A stretch of 64,000 nt of DNA from Spirochaetia bacterium (GTDB lineage: Bacteria > Spirochaetota > Spirochaetia > UBA9216), in assembly GCA_963675665.1 (NCBI GenBank), contig OY776510.1, positions 384,001 through 448,000 on the forward strand. Direction: 5' to 3'. The notes under the pieces are model-generated. The model was not told where the DNA came from, did not search any database, and saw only the letters and a list, made by a program, of their open reading frames with translations. Both the position numbers and the translations under genes were made by a program. Positions 30,679 through 40,448 of this stretch are shown here, one piece after another; position 1 is the first letter of the stretch; the number at the start of each line of letters is the position of its first letter.

Positions 30679-31253
30679 ACTCTTCCGACCTCTTCAATTG
30701 CCATTTCCAGGGCCTTCATATTTCCATCGATAACACCCGGCTTTGACGCAAATTTATGCCCGAATGAAGACCTCATCTCATCTATAAAAGTATCTCTGTC
30801 CATAATGCCGCTTACCGTTACTACTGCGGCAAGCATGGGAGTATTGGGAAAATATCTTCCCAATGCAGCTATGGATATTTTTGCGGCGTCAATAACAACG
30901 ACGCGTCCTTTATACCCGTTGAGCTTCCGGACTATCTCCTCGGGTTTCTTTTCCGTATTTATTATTATGGCGCCTGTTTCTTTCAACCCGGCAGTCACAT
31001 CTACTGATTCGATCAACGTTTCATCAACTACCGCAACAAAATCCGGTTCGTATATATTTGAATGTATATTGATTTTACTGCTGCTGATCCTGTTGTATGC
31101 TGTTATGGGCGCGCCCATACGTTCCGGCCCATACTCCGGAAAACCCTGGACAAACCTGCCGGTATTAAAGGCTACATCGGCCAGAAGCAGCGAAGCTGTT
31201 TTTGCTCCCTGCCCGCCGCGGCCGTGCCATCTGATCTCAATTAATTCGGACAT
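30675..31253 (-). CDS. porC: 2-oxoacid:ferredoxin oxidoreductase gamma subunit
   Basis: EIRWHGRGGQGAKT, YGPERMGAP, PNTPML. Confidence 0.9.
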   Translation of the reverse strand: MSELIEIRWHGRGGQGAKTASLLLADVAFNTGRFVQGFPEYGPERMGAPITAYNRISSSKINIHSNIYEPDFVAVVDETLIESVDVTAGLKETGAIIINTEKKPEEIVRKLNGYKGRVVVIDAAKISIAALGRYFPNTPMLAAVVTVSGIMDRDTFIDEMRSSFGHKFASKPGVIDGNMKALEMAIEEVGRV

Positions 31254-31332
31254 ATTCCTCCTCCGTGATATTCTGCTGATACCATAAAAAACGGGAATCC
31301 TGTTAACAAAAAGTTTCCAATATTTACAGCAT

Positions 31333-32517
31333 TTATATCAGGCTAAGCGCGTATTCAAGACTCCTGATGATATCTTCAACATCTTCAATTCCTACAGACA
31401 ACCGAACAAGACCGTCGTCAATCCCCATTTTAGCCCTGTCTTCAGGCTTAAGCATACCGTGTGTCTGCAGAGGCGGCTGCTGTATCATGGTGTCGCAGTC
31501 TCCAAGGCTTACACAGTATTTGGCAATTTCCACATTGTCTGCAAATTTGGTGGCTTTTTCGAGACCTCCCTTAACAATAAACGACATCATGCCGCCGCAG
31601 CCCTGACTACCGAACAATTTTTTCGCGAGTTCGAAATCAGGATGACTTTCAAGTCCCGGATATTCAACCTTTTCGATCTTGTCGTGCTGCTCAAGCCATT
31701 TTGCAACCACAAGCGCATTTTCACTATGCTGCCGCATTCTAAGATGCAGGGTTTTCAGTCCCCTGAGCATCAGCCAGCAGCTGAACGGGCTGGGTACCGG
31801 GCCAAGCTCCTGATAAATCGATGCCCTGATCCTGTCTACAAATTCAGCTTTTCCCACAATAGCCCCGCCGACAAGATCTCCGTGGCCGTTTATATATTTT
31901 GTCGTGCTGTGTACAACTACATCAATGCCGTGTTCAATGGGTCTTACTATATACGGTGTTGTAAATGTACTGTCGACAATGGAAACTATATTGCGCTTTT
32001 TTGCACACGCCGCAAAAGCATCCAGATCAAGGACCTGCATTGTCGGGTTCGCCATAGTTTCCGCATAGAGGACTTTCGTATTCGGACGCATTGCCTTGTC
32101 GATGACATCGTCTGAAAAGTCTTCGACAAAAGTGACGTCTATCTTTAATTCTTCAAAGATCATTGTGAATAGTTTGAAAGAACCGCTGTAGATGGTTTTA
32201 TAAGCGATGATATGGTCACCGGACTGGGCGGCATTCAGCACCGCCAGCGAAATGGCTGCCATTCCCGACGCTGTTACCAGACAACGCTCAGCGTTTTCAA
32301 GACTTGCAATCTTGGCCTGAAGATCATTCTGTGTCGGGTTGCGCGAACGGCCGTAGGTATAAATTCCTTCCTTGTCCCCTGAAAGATAACGTTCCCGGGT
32401 CTCGGGGTCCCAGCAGAATGTGCTTGTCATGTGCATGGGAGCAAGCAACGCCCCTGTCGCCGGATCAATCTTCTGTCCGGCATGTACAGCTTTTGTTCCA
32501 AATTTCATATTTTCCAA
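31333..32517 (-). CDS. PLP-dependent trans-sulfuration family lyase (methionine gamma-lyase-like)
   Basis: SGMAAI, DSTFTTP, HSTTKYINGHGD (PLP Lys), RGLKTL, VSLG, RLSVGIE. Confidence 0.9.
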   Translation of the reverse strand: MENMKFGTKAVHAGQKIDPATGALLAPMHMTSTFCWDPETRERYLSGDKEGIYTYGRSRNPTQNDLQAKIASLENAERCLVTASGMAAISLAVLNAAQSGDHIIAYKTIYSGSFKLFTMIFEELKIDVTFVEDFSDDVIDKAMRPNTKVLYAETMANPTMQVLDLDAFAACAKKRNIVSIVDSTFTTPYIVRPIEHGIDVVVHSTTKYINGHGDLVGGAIVGKAEFVDRIRASIYQELGPVPSPFSCWLMLRGLKTLHLRMRQHSENALVVAKWLEQHDKIEKVEYPGLESHPDFELAKKLFGSQGCGGMMSFIVKGGLEKATKFADNVEIAKYCVSLGDCDTMIQQPPLQTHGMLKPEDRAKMGIDDGLVRLSVGIEDVEDIIRSLEYALSLI

Positions 32518-32519
32518 AT

Positions 32520-33584
32520 CTATTGTCCTCTCTTCTCACTGATTTTTATTGCGATTTTGATGTGTTCGGGCCCGTTTTTTATCAGTTCCTCAAACCCGTC
32601 TTCAACAAGCGTATCAAGGGTTACTTCACGGGTAATCAATTCATCCGCCCCTATAAGACCCTTTGAAAAATAGTCCAGTGCAGTTCCTATTTCATCAAGA
32701 TGCGCCTGCGATGTATACAATTTTCTCTCGCCTTCCTGAAAATCATTCATCCTGAAAACCGGCGGCTCTTCAAACACACCCATCACCATTAATTGGGCGC
32801 CCGGTTTCATCACGCTTATACAGCTGTCAAGCGTGCGCTGAGAACCGACGCATTCATAAACTACATCTGCATTTTTATTATCAGACCATTCGGCTACAGC
32901 CTCATTAAGATCTGTTTTAACAACATCAATATATCTGCCGCCGTAGCTCTCAACAAGAGCCTTCCGATCTTCGCCCACACCGGCAACAAGAACCTTCCCT
33001 GCCCCTGCGAGTTTTGCGGCGAAAAAACATCCCAGTCCGATAATTCCCGGACCTACGATCACAACATCTTTGCCTTTTATGTCTCCAAGCAAACTCGTTG
33101 AATGTATGCCGCATGCGATCGGTTCCGCCAGGACAGCCTGACGAAGGGTTACGTCATCGGGTATTTTAAACAGACGCGAGGCTTCAACTTCTACATATTC
33201 CGCGAAGGCGCCGTCGAGGTTCACTCCGAGAAACCCGAGTTTTTCACAGACATTGTAACGGCCGCTTCTGCACATCTCGCATTTTCCGCAGCAAAGCGTT
33301 CCATTCGCTGTTACCCGGTCTGAAATTTTCCAACCGGAGACACCCTCGCCGACGGCACTGATTACTCCGGTAAATTCATGACCTATGGTCAAAGGCGCCA
33401 TTTTGCCTGTCAAACGGTGCGGTTTTGTTGTCGGTATAAAATTGGGTCCGGTATATTCATGCCGATCGGTTCCGCATATTCCCGCCCATACAACCTCAAT
33501 AACAACATGTCCCGGTTTGGGCTCCGGTACAGGGAGATCGCTGATTCGGATATCCTTGTATCCGTGCCAGACAGCAGCTTTCAT
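32520..33584 (-). CDS. Zn-dependent medium-chain dehydrogenase (butanediol/polyol DH-like)
   Basis: GICGTDRHEY, GHEFTG, CGKCEMC..C, GPGIIG. Confidence 0.9.
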   Translation of the reverse strand: MKAAVWHGYKDIRISDLPVPEPKPGHVVIEVVWAGICGTDRHEYTGPNFIPTTKPHRLTGKMAPLTIGHEFTGVISAVGEGVSGWKISDRVTANGTLCCGKCEMCRSGRYNVCEKLGFLGVNLDGAFAEYVEVEASRLFKIPDDVTLRQAVLAEPIACGIHSTSLLGDIKGKDVVIVGPGIIGLGCFFAAKLAGAGKVLVAGVGEDRKALVESYGGRYIDVVKTDLNEAVAEWSDNKNADVVYECVGSQRTLDSCISVMKPGAQLMVMGVFEEPPVFRMNDFQEGERKLYTSQAHLDEIGTALDYFSKGLIGADELITREVTLDTLVEDGFEELIKNGPEHIKIAIKISEKRGQ

Positions 33585-34567
33585 TATTCGGCACCTCCGG
33601 ACAACAATTTATTGAACAGGTCCTGAAGTATTTTCCCCGGTTTGGCCTCGGTTCCCGTAACAAAATCTGCGGGGATTTTTTCCTTCACAAATTTCATTGC
33701 CCCATTGATAAACGCAATGGAAGCCTTGCAGGCCTCTTCGGGGTCGTCCCGGTAGGGGTATTGATCCAGAGAATACCATCCGTCGTACCCGAGCTTATCC
33801 ATCCAGTAGAAAAACTCAAAAAACTGCAGCCAGTGTACGCTTCCGACAGGCATATCATCATCAACAATACGGTAATTATCATTAACATGTATATGAAATA
33901 ATCTTTTCTGCGAAAAAAGAATCGCTGCGACTTCAGCCGGGTTTTCTCCCGCATTTAGCGCATGTCCCATATCCAGCGTTATGCCTACGTTATCGCATCC
34001 GGTTGATTGTGCAGCAGCCAATGCCATTCCGGCATTCTTGATCATGCAGCTCATTTTGGGCTCGGAAACTTTATACTCAAGCCCGAGATTTATCTGCGAA
34101 TTATGCCCTGCGCATTCTTTCAGGGATTCTATTAAATACTGATAAGCCTTTACATAATCATTCTGAAACAGATAATCAAACCCGTCCTGACCTAACCATA
34201 AAGACACGGTTTTCACGCCGATTGACGCGGCAAAATCCATCGCCTTTTTTACAAGTTCTACCGATTTGCGTCTTCTTTCGGGATCAACAGCCGAAAGAGA
34301 ACCGTCTTTCCATTCCTTGTCGCATACAAGCTCAACGCCCATTCCGATAATACTCAACCCGGCCTTATCAAGTACCGGTTTAACACTGTTCCAGTTATCT
34401 TCGCTTACATCGCAGGGGTATGTGATTTCCATACCGGTTACGCCTTTCAGCCTTGAGATAGCGTGGATACGCTCCTCAAAGTTCATATATTCCTTGTAAC
34501 CGTTGCCGACATAGCGATCGGTTCCCATTCCGTAAACCCATGCGCCGACGCTCAGCTTATTATTCAT
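33584..34567 (-). CDS. Xylose-isomerase-like TIM-barrel sugar isomerase
   Basis: WLGQDGFDY, LEYK..EP, DMGHAL, HIHVND, DDDM metal-ligand pattern. Confidence 0.85.
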   Translation of the reverse strand: MNNKLSVGAWVYGMGTDRYVGNGYKEYMNFEERIHAISRLKGVTGMEITYPCDVSEDNWNSVKPVLDKAGLSIIGMGVELVCDKEWKDGSLSAVDPERRRKSVELVKKAMDFAASIGVKTVSLWLGQDGFDYLFQNDYVKAYQYLIESLKECAGHNSQINLGLEYKVSEPKMSCMIKNAGMALAAAQSTGCDNVGITLDMGHALNAGENPAEVAAILFSQKRLFHIHVNDNYRIVDDDMPVGSVHWLQFFEFFYWMDKLGYDGWYSLDQYPYRDDPEEACKASIAFINGAMKFVKEKIPADFVTGTEAKPGKILQDLFNKLLSGGAE

Positions 34568-34574
34568 ATTAATT

Positions 34575-35480
34575 CTACCTGTCCTTTATTTCATCTTTGC
34601 CCGGCAGAAACCCTTCATCGTAGAGGATCTCCGCCACCCATGCTGCGCTTGTTCCTACAACAGCCGGACACTTATCCAGAGTATGCGCCCCGGCTGCCTC
34701 AAAGGCTTCTTTTTCATCCGGTTTTGTAATATGAAAAGCCCTGCCGAATATATCCCTGTGGATGTCATGGCAGATTACACTACCGTAAGTTTCAATATAT
34801 TTTTTATGCAGTTTACCCACCAACAAAGTCGTCAGGTCCTTTTCTTCCTTGTCCCCGTCAAAAAACTCCTTGCGTCTTCCCGCAAACATGCCCAGGGACA
34901 AAATTCCTCCGCTGTATCCGCCGCAGACGCCGTCTCCGAGTAATCCCATTCCTGCGGCAAATCCATTGGCTGCGCGAAACATGGTTAAATCCTCTTTTCC
35001 GGTAACATCGGAAACGGCCGCCATGTGACATTGTGCACAACCCCGAAAGGCCTGCTCATAGTAATGCCCCCTGCGATACGCTTTTTTCATAAGTTCTGTT
35101 TTAAAAACATCCTTAATCCCCAAATCAGGCAGGTTATTATACGATTCGGCTACCATCTGTATCAGTTCAACTTCATATTCAATCCCGCAGTATTTCCGGA
35201 CAGCGGCCCTAATACCGTTTTCACTGATAAATTCCGCAGCATCGTCGCTCCGTACAGCCATCCATACTGCTATGACTTTGGCGGTGTAAAAAGGATATTC
35301 CCCTGCAAGCCGGATTGATTTTGCCGCCGCTGTAAGTTTTTTGGGTATAACAGGAGAATCATCCGCCGGATTTATGCTGTCCGCCTCTCCGCCCGAGGCC
35401 TTTACCTCGTTTTTCATCAGGGTTATAAGCGAATCTACTTCTTTGGCGTCCAATATTACTGTTTGTTTCTTATCCGTCAT
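34575..35480 (-). CDS. C_GCAxxG_C_C family putative redox protein with extra N-terminal helical domain
   Basis: GCAQ, GFAAGMG..VCGGYSGG, YGSVIC, KC. Confidence 0.8.
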   Translation of the reverse strand: MTDKKQTVILDAKEVDSLITLMKNEVKASGGEADSINPADDSPVIPKKLTAAAKSIRLAGEYPFYTAKVIAVWMAVRSDDAAEFISENGIRAAVRKYCGIEYEVELIQMVAESYNNLPDLGIKDVFKTELMKKAYRRGHYYEQAFRGCAQCHMAAVSDVTGKEDLTMFRAANGFAAGMGLLGDGVCGGYSGGILSLGMFAGRRKEFFDGDKEEKDLTTLLVGKLHKKYIETYGSVICHDIHRDIFGRAFHITKPDEKEAFEAAGAHTLDKCPAVVGTSAAWVAEILYDEGFLPGKDEIKDR

Positions 35481-35503
35481 TATTTAAAAACTCCTGCAGA
35501 AAG

Positions 35504-36538
35504 CTAATTCTCCGGGTCCAGTAAAACCTTCAAACCTTCCCTGTCCTTTACCGTGCGCAGCGCTTCTTCCCACTGCGACAACGGAAATACATGCGACACA
35601 ATTGCGTCAGTGTTGATTTTACCAAGCTGTACCAGGCGTATGGCTTTTTCCCAGGCGGTCGGAATCTGCGCATGGGACCCCTCAACAGTAAGTTCTTTCT
35701 TTTTTATATTATGAAAATCGATTGTAATTTCACTGTTAAAAATTCCCATCGGGACAAATGTCCCGCGTCTTGCAATAATATCCATTGCAAGCTTCACTGC
35801 AGGAGTCGCGCCTGTTGCTTCAACTACAACATCAGCGCCGTAACCTTCGGTTGCATCTTTGACGATCTGCATAACATCATCAGTTTCAACATCCACTACC
35901 TTGTCGATACCAAGAGTGAGGGCCAGCTCCAGGCGGGTTTTATCCGAACTTGTTCCGCCGACAATAACGTACGCTCCCTGCGCCTTTGCTGTCTGAGCTG
36001 CAAACAAACCTATAGGCCCCGGGCCAAGAATTACAACGACGCTTCCGGCATTAACTACAGTTCTTTCGGTAAGAGCATGAACTCCGCAGGCCAGCGGTTC
36101 GATACAGGCTCCCTGGTCAAAACTCAGGTCGTCGGGAAGGTGCATTACGCTCAATGCACGGTTGACCACATATTCGGCAAATCCGCCGTTTGCCGCCGAA
36201 CCAATTCCCTTTCGCTCAGGGCAGTGGTTATACTCACCCCTTTTACAGAATCTGCATTTTCCGCAAACATGATATGTAGTCTGCGTAATAACACGATCAC
36301 CGATAGCAAACCCGCTGACGCCGTCTCCGATAGCATCGATTACTCCGGCTATCTCATGGCCCAGAACTACCGGCGGCTTTAACGCAAAACCGCCCTCGTT
36401 AATGTATATATTATCTGTCTGACAGATTCCCGATCGTTTAATCTTGATTCTTACCTGTCCTTCACCCGGTTCAGGGGTATCAATCTCGGTAAAAATAATA
36501 TTCCCCGGCTCAATTTTTGTTTTCACTAATGCGCGCAT
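35504..36538 (-). CDS. Zn-dependent dehydrogenase (sorbitol/iditol DH-like)
   Basis: GICQTD, LGHEIAG, CGKCRFC..C, GPGPIG. Confidence 0.9.
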   Translation of the reverse strand: MRALVKTKIEPGNIIFTEIDTPEPGEGQVRIKIKRSGICQTDNIYINEGGFALKPPVVLGHEIAGVIDAIGDGVSGFAIGDRVITQTTYHVCGKCRFCKRGEYNHCPERKGIGSAANGGFAEYVVNRALSVMHLPDDLSFDQGACIEPLACGVHALTERTVVNAGSVVVILGPGPIGLFAAQTAKAQGAYVIVGGTSSDKTRLELALTLGIDKVVDVETDDVMQIVKDATEGYGADVVVEATGATPAVKLAMDIIARRGTFVPMGIFNSEITIDFHNIKKKELTVEGSHAQIPTAWEKAIRLVQLGKINTDAIVSHVFPLSQWEEALRTVKDREGLKVLLDPEN

Positions 36539-36564
36539 ATATTCTCTCCATAATTTAAGTAAAA

Positions 36565-38043
36565 TCAGATTTCAGTTGATCGCCATTTCCAGTAATCACC
36601 CATGTTTTCTTTCAGGTTTAAAAACTTTTGATATAAAGCTTCAAATCTCCCGGCATCCGCCGGATCCGGAACGAATAAATCCGAATCTTCTTCACAGGCA
36701 TCCGGATTATCATCAATTCCAAGGCCAATCTTTATCACTTCAACGATTCCCCTCGCTCCATACTCCCCGCGGTTCAATCGCATTACATTTTTGTTAAGCG
36801 CATGGGCAATCAGCTGGCAGTTCAGATCGCTTGCAGCGCCCCCTCCCGACAGATAAATATTTCCGTCAGCCTCCGGCAGAGCCGTATAACAGTCCTTTAC
36901 TGAAAGAACCATCCCTTCAACAACCGCGCGAAGCATATCAAACCTGGTATGCTTCGCCGTCAGACCGTAAAATCCTCCGCAGGCAAACGGGTTCCTGAAA
37001 GGCGCCCGTTCTCCGCGGATGTAAGGATGATAGATTATCCCCCTGCTTCCGGTCGGAACTTCCGAGAGCGTTTTATTCAGATCCTCGAAACACATGTCTG
37101 GCGCAAGGATCTCTTTAGCCCAGTCAACGGTTGATGTACCGCTGAGAGCGGCCATTACCCTTAGATATTTACCGGGATAAATACTGCAAAGCGCACTGCC
37201 GGCTCTGTCGGAGGTATTCACAGATTCTTCATCAATCAGAACATCATTACAGAGGGTTGTTCCGAGGATCGTACAGCTGTCACCGGATTTTGTAACCCCG
37301 GCGCCTATTGAAGCCGCAACAACATCAATAACGCCCGCAACCACCGGAACCCCCTCGGGAATTCCGGTTTGCTCCATTGCCGCCCTGTTTACTTTGCCGA
37401 CAATATCTGTAGGAGCCGCGAGGGGCGGCAGCATTGCTTTCGTCTCGCCGATATTAAGCAAATCAAACATTTCAGGAACATATTCATGACTGAAAATATT
37501 GATTCCGCAGGTTGAAAAATCCGTGTAATCGCTTGCAATATTCCCGGTCAATTTAAAATTAAGCCAGTCTTTGCATCTGAAGACCTTGTCTATATCAGCA
37601 TATCTGCCCGGCTGGTTCTCTTTAATCCATCTCAGAATAAGCGGGAATGCCCCGGAAAAAAGAGCCGTTGATGAATTCTGCACCAGAAAGCTGTCCAGCT
37701 CTTCTTCGTTAATATTTTTTAAAACTTTAGTACGGGTGTCGTTCCATAAGACAGCATTGCCGGCCGGCCGGCCGTGCCTGTTAACAGCCCACAAACCATC
37801 GCCCTGGGCTGAAATTCCCGTACCGGCAATTTGCTTCCAGGCCTCCGGGTTTCTGAGTTTAAGACGTTTTGTAAAACCGCAAAGCCTGGTCCAAAGATCA
37901 TCCATATCCATTTCAGCAGCGCCTTCAAAAGGCATTTTAACCTCTGCGGAACCGCTTTCCATGTCTATGATGGAACCGTCGGAATCAGCAAGAACTACCT
38001 TAACATTGGTTGTTCCGACATCCATTCCTAAAAGTATCGCCAT
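36565..38043 (-). CDS. FGGY family carbohydrate kinase (erythritol/L-xylulose kinase-like)
   Basis: GMDVGTTNVK, SAQGDGLW, WNDTR, GERAPF, SGGGA. Confidence 0.92.
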   Translation of the reverse strand: MAILLGMDVGTTNVKVVLADSDGSIIDMESGSAEVKMPFEGAAEMDMDDLWTRLCGFTKRLKLRNPEAWKQIAGTGISAQGDGLWAVNRHGRPAGNAVLWNDTRTKVLKNINEEELDSFLVQNSSTALFSGAFPLILRWIKENQPGRYADIDKVFRCKDWLNFKLTGNIASDYTDFSTCGINIFSHEYVPEMFDLLNIGETKAMLPPLAAPTDIVGKVNRAAMEQTGIPEGVPVVAGVIDVVAASIGAGVTKSGDSCTILGTTLCNDVLIDEESVNTSDRAGSALCSIYPGKYLRVMAALSGTSTVDWAKEILAPDMCFEDLNKTLSEVPTGSRGIIYHPYIRGERAPFRNPFACGGFYGLTAKHTRFDMLRAVVEGMVLSVKDCYTALPEADGNIYLSGGGAASDLNCQLIAHALNKNVMRLNRGEYGARGIVEVIKIGLGIDDNPDACEEDSDLFVPDPADAGRFEALYQKFLNLKENMGDYWKWRSTEI

Positions 38044-38049
38044 TTACCG

Positions 38050-38751
38050 TTATTCCCCTAAATATGCCTTACTCAATGAATTATCGGCCAATATTTCATC
38101 CCGGGTTCCGCATTTTTCAATATTTCCAACCGAAAGGATATAGGCCCTGTCGCAGATGGATAATGCCTTAAAGGCATTCTGCTCAACAATCATGATTGCT
38201 GTTCCTGCTTTATTTATTTCAGTAAGGATATCAAAAATCTGATTTACAATAATAGGAGCAAGACCCAATGACGGTTCATCCAGCAGCATAAGCTTCGGCC
38301 GGGCCATAATTCCGCGGCTGATTGCCAGCATCTGCTGTTCTCCTCCGCTTAAATGCCCTCCGTACTGGTTTTCTCTTTCTTCCAGGCGCGGAAAAAGTTT
38401 ATGGACCCTGTCGAGATCCTCTTTTATTCCCTTTATGTCCGTTCTCAAATATGCCCCTACCATGAGATTGTCCCGGACTGTCAGGTGTGTAAAAATCTGA
38501 CGCCCCTCCGGAACATGTACAAGGCCTGTACCGACAACGGCATAATCGCGCTTCGGAACAGGGTTTCCCATAAAGGTTATACTTCCTGCAGTCGGTTTTA
38601 CAACCGAAGAAATACAATTTAACAGGGTAGACTTGCCTGCTCCGTTTGAACCGAGAACGGCAACAACTTCCCCCTCGTTGACCTCGAGCGAAACACCCTT
38701 CAGAGCTTTAATTCCGCCGTAAGCAGCATGCAGGTTATCAATCTTAAGCAT
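38050..38751 (-). CDS. livF: Branched-chain amino acid-type ABC ATPase
   Basis: GSNGAGKST, HVPEGRQIF, LSGGEQQML, DEPSLGLAP. Confidence 0.9.
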   Translation of the reverse strand: MLKIDNLHAAYGGIKALKGVSLEVNEGEVVAVLGSNGAGKSTLLNCISSVVKPTAGSITFMGNPVPKRDYAVVGTGLVHVPEGRQIFTHLTVRDNLMVGAYLRTDIKGIKEDLDRVHKLFPRLEERENQYGGHLSGGEQQMLAISRGIMARPKLMLLDEPSLGLAPIIVNQIFDILTEINKAGTAIMIVEQNAFKALSICDRAYILSVGNIEKCGTRDEILADNSLSKAYLGE

Positions 38752-39517
38752 TTTCCGCTCCTCCTAAATACGCCTCAATTACATGCTCATTACTTTTTAC
38801 TTCCGCCGGTGTACCTGCAGCAATGGTTTTACCGAAGTTAAGAACCGTCACGCAGTCGCACAGGTTTGTTACTACATCCATATGGTGTTCAATCATCAGA
38901 ATCGTCAGATTGAAATTATTCTTGATTTCCAGAATGAATCCTACAAGCTCTTCCGATTCATCCGAGTTCATTCCGGCAGCCGGTTCATCCAGCAGTAAAA
39001 GACTGGGATTGAGAGCTATTGCCCTTGCTATTTCCAGTTTCCGCTGGTGCCCGTAAGGAAGCTTGCATGCAACATCATTATGATTATTCTCAAGCCCCAC
39101 CGCCTCAAGAAGCTTCATTGCTTTTTCTTCTATGCCTTTCTCAATTCTGCGGTATCGCGGTGATCTTAAAAAAGCATCGATATAATTATATTTGGCATCC
39201 ATGCTGCTGGCCAGAATTACATTCTGCAGCACGCTCAGATTTGAAAACAGGCGTATATTCTGAAATGTTCGCCCGATTCCGTATTGAGCTATTCTATAGG
39301 GTTTATTGCCGGTGATATCTTTTTCGTTAAAAATAATAGTACCGCTGCACGGCGCCAGAATCCCGGTTATGTTATTAAAAATCGTTGTTTTACCGGCGCC
39401 GTTGGGTCCTATCAGTCCATGAATTTTACCCGGTTCAATCACAACGCTGAAATCATCAATTGCCCTTACGCCTCCAAAATTCTTGGTTACGTTCTTTATT
39501 TCCAGTACTGGCGTCAT
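38744..39517 (-). CDS. livG: Branched-chain amino acid-type ABC ATPase
   Basis: GPNGAGKTT, RTFQNIRLF, LPYGHQRKLEIARA, IEHHM. Confidence 0.9.
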   Translation of the reverse strand: MTPVLEIKNVTKNFGGVRAIDDFSVVIEPGKIHGLIGPNGAGKTTIFNNITGILAPCSGTIIFNEKDITGNKPYRIAQYGIGRTFQNIRLFSNLSVLQNVILASSMDAKYNYIDAFLRSPRYRRIEKGIEEKAMKLLEAVGLENNHNDVACKLPYGHQRKLEIARAIALNPSLLLLDEPAAGMNSDESEELVGFILEIKNNFNLTILMIEHHMDVVTNLCDCVTVLNFGKTIAAGTPAEVKSNEHVIEAYLGGAENA

Positions 39518-40431
39518 TATTTTTTGACCCCCATATCACATACGGATTCCGCTTCCTTTTTGCCGGAAGCTTTATCTCCAATTCCTCTAAAAAAAGCTAT
39601 TATCCTTCGAATTGAAAATTCTCTGTATCCGAACAAGCCGGACGGCCGCATGGTTATAATCAGAACAACCGCAATTCCGTAGAAAAACATTCTGTAGTTT
39701 GCGAATGATCTGAAAATCTCCGGAAGAAGTGTAACGACCAGAGAGCCGAAAATGGAACCGGTCAGACTTCCCAGCCCGCCGATAACTACCGTTATTGTAA
39801 GCTCGGCAGATTTCGGCAGATTAAACATAATCGGAGACAGAAACATCAGGTTGTGTGCATAAAGGGCGCCGGCCCAGCCGGCCAGCATTGCACTGAATAC
39901 AAAAGCAAGTTTCTTGCTTTTGGTTACGTCTATACCGACAGCTTCAGCTGCTATTTCCTGTTCTCTTATGGCGGTAAAATTTCTGCCGTATTTCGAATGA
40001 ATAAGCGTCCATGCTATTATTACAGTCAGCACAAGACTCACAACAGCAATAGGCAGAGTTGTATACTTCGGGATTCCCGACAAGCCTATTGCTCCACCGG
40101 TCACAGGTTTTATGTAATTAAATAAAACCCTTACCATTTCTCCGAACCCCAGGGTTGTTATCAAAAAGTAATCTCCCTGCAATTTCAGAGTCAGGGAACC
40201 CAGTAAATAAGCAATAAAACCTGCAGCAAGGATACCCACCAGAATGGCAGGAATAAACGGGATGCCCATCTTTGTGGTTAATAATGCGGAAGCATATGCT
40301 CCAATCGACATAAATCCGGCGTTTCCGAAAGAAAACAACCTGGTAAATCCCGTCAGAACCGAGACGCCTAAAACGGCTATCATATTAATACATACAAGAA
40401 TTATTATGCCTTGTGTATAATCAGAAAACAT
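39517..40431 (-). CDS. livM: Branched-chain amino acid-type ABC permease
   Basis: SFGNAGFMSIGAY, GDYFLITTLGFGE, GGLGSLTG. Confidence 0.9.
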   Translation of the reverse strand: MFSDYTQGIIILVCINMIAVLGVSVLTGFTRLFSFGNAGFMSIGAYASALLTTKMGIPFIPAILVGILAAGFIAYLLGSLTLKLQGDYFLITTLGFGEMVRVLFNYIKPVTGGAIGLSGIPKYTTLPIAVVSLVLTVIIAWTLIHSKYGRNFTAIREQEIAAEAVGIDVTKSKKLAFVFSAMLAGWAGALYAHNLMFLSPIMFNLPKSAELTITVVIGGLGSLTGSIFGSLVVTLLPEIFRSFANYRMFFYGIAVVLIITMRPSGLFGYREFSIRRIIAFFRGIGDKASGKKEAESVCDMGVKK

Positions 40432-40448
40432 AGTTTCAAGACTCCTTT

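Noticed and set aside
35591-36382. 263-aa ORF antisense to a Zn-dehydrogenase (likewise 31459-32115 and 37571-38143)
   Set aside because: Fully nested opposite well-supported genes; composition typical of shadow ORFs.
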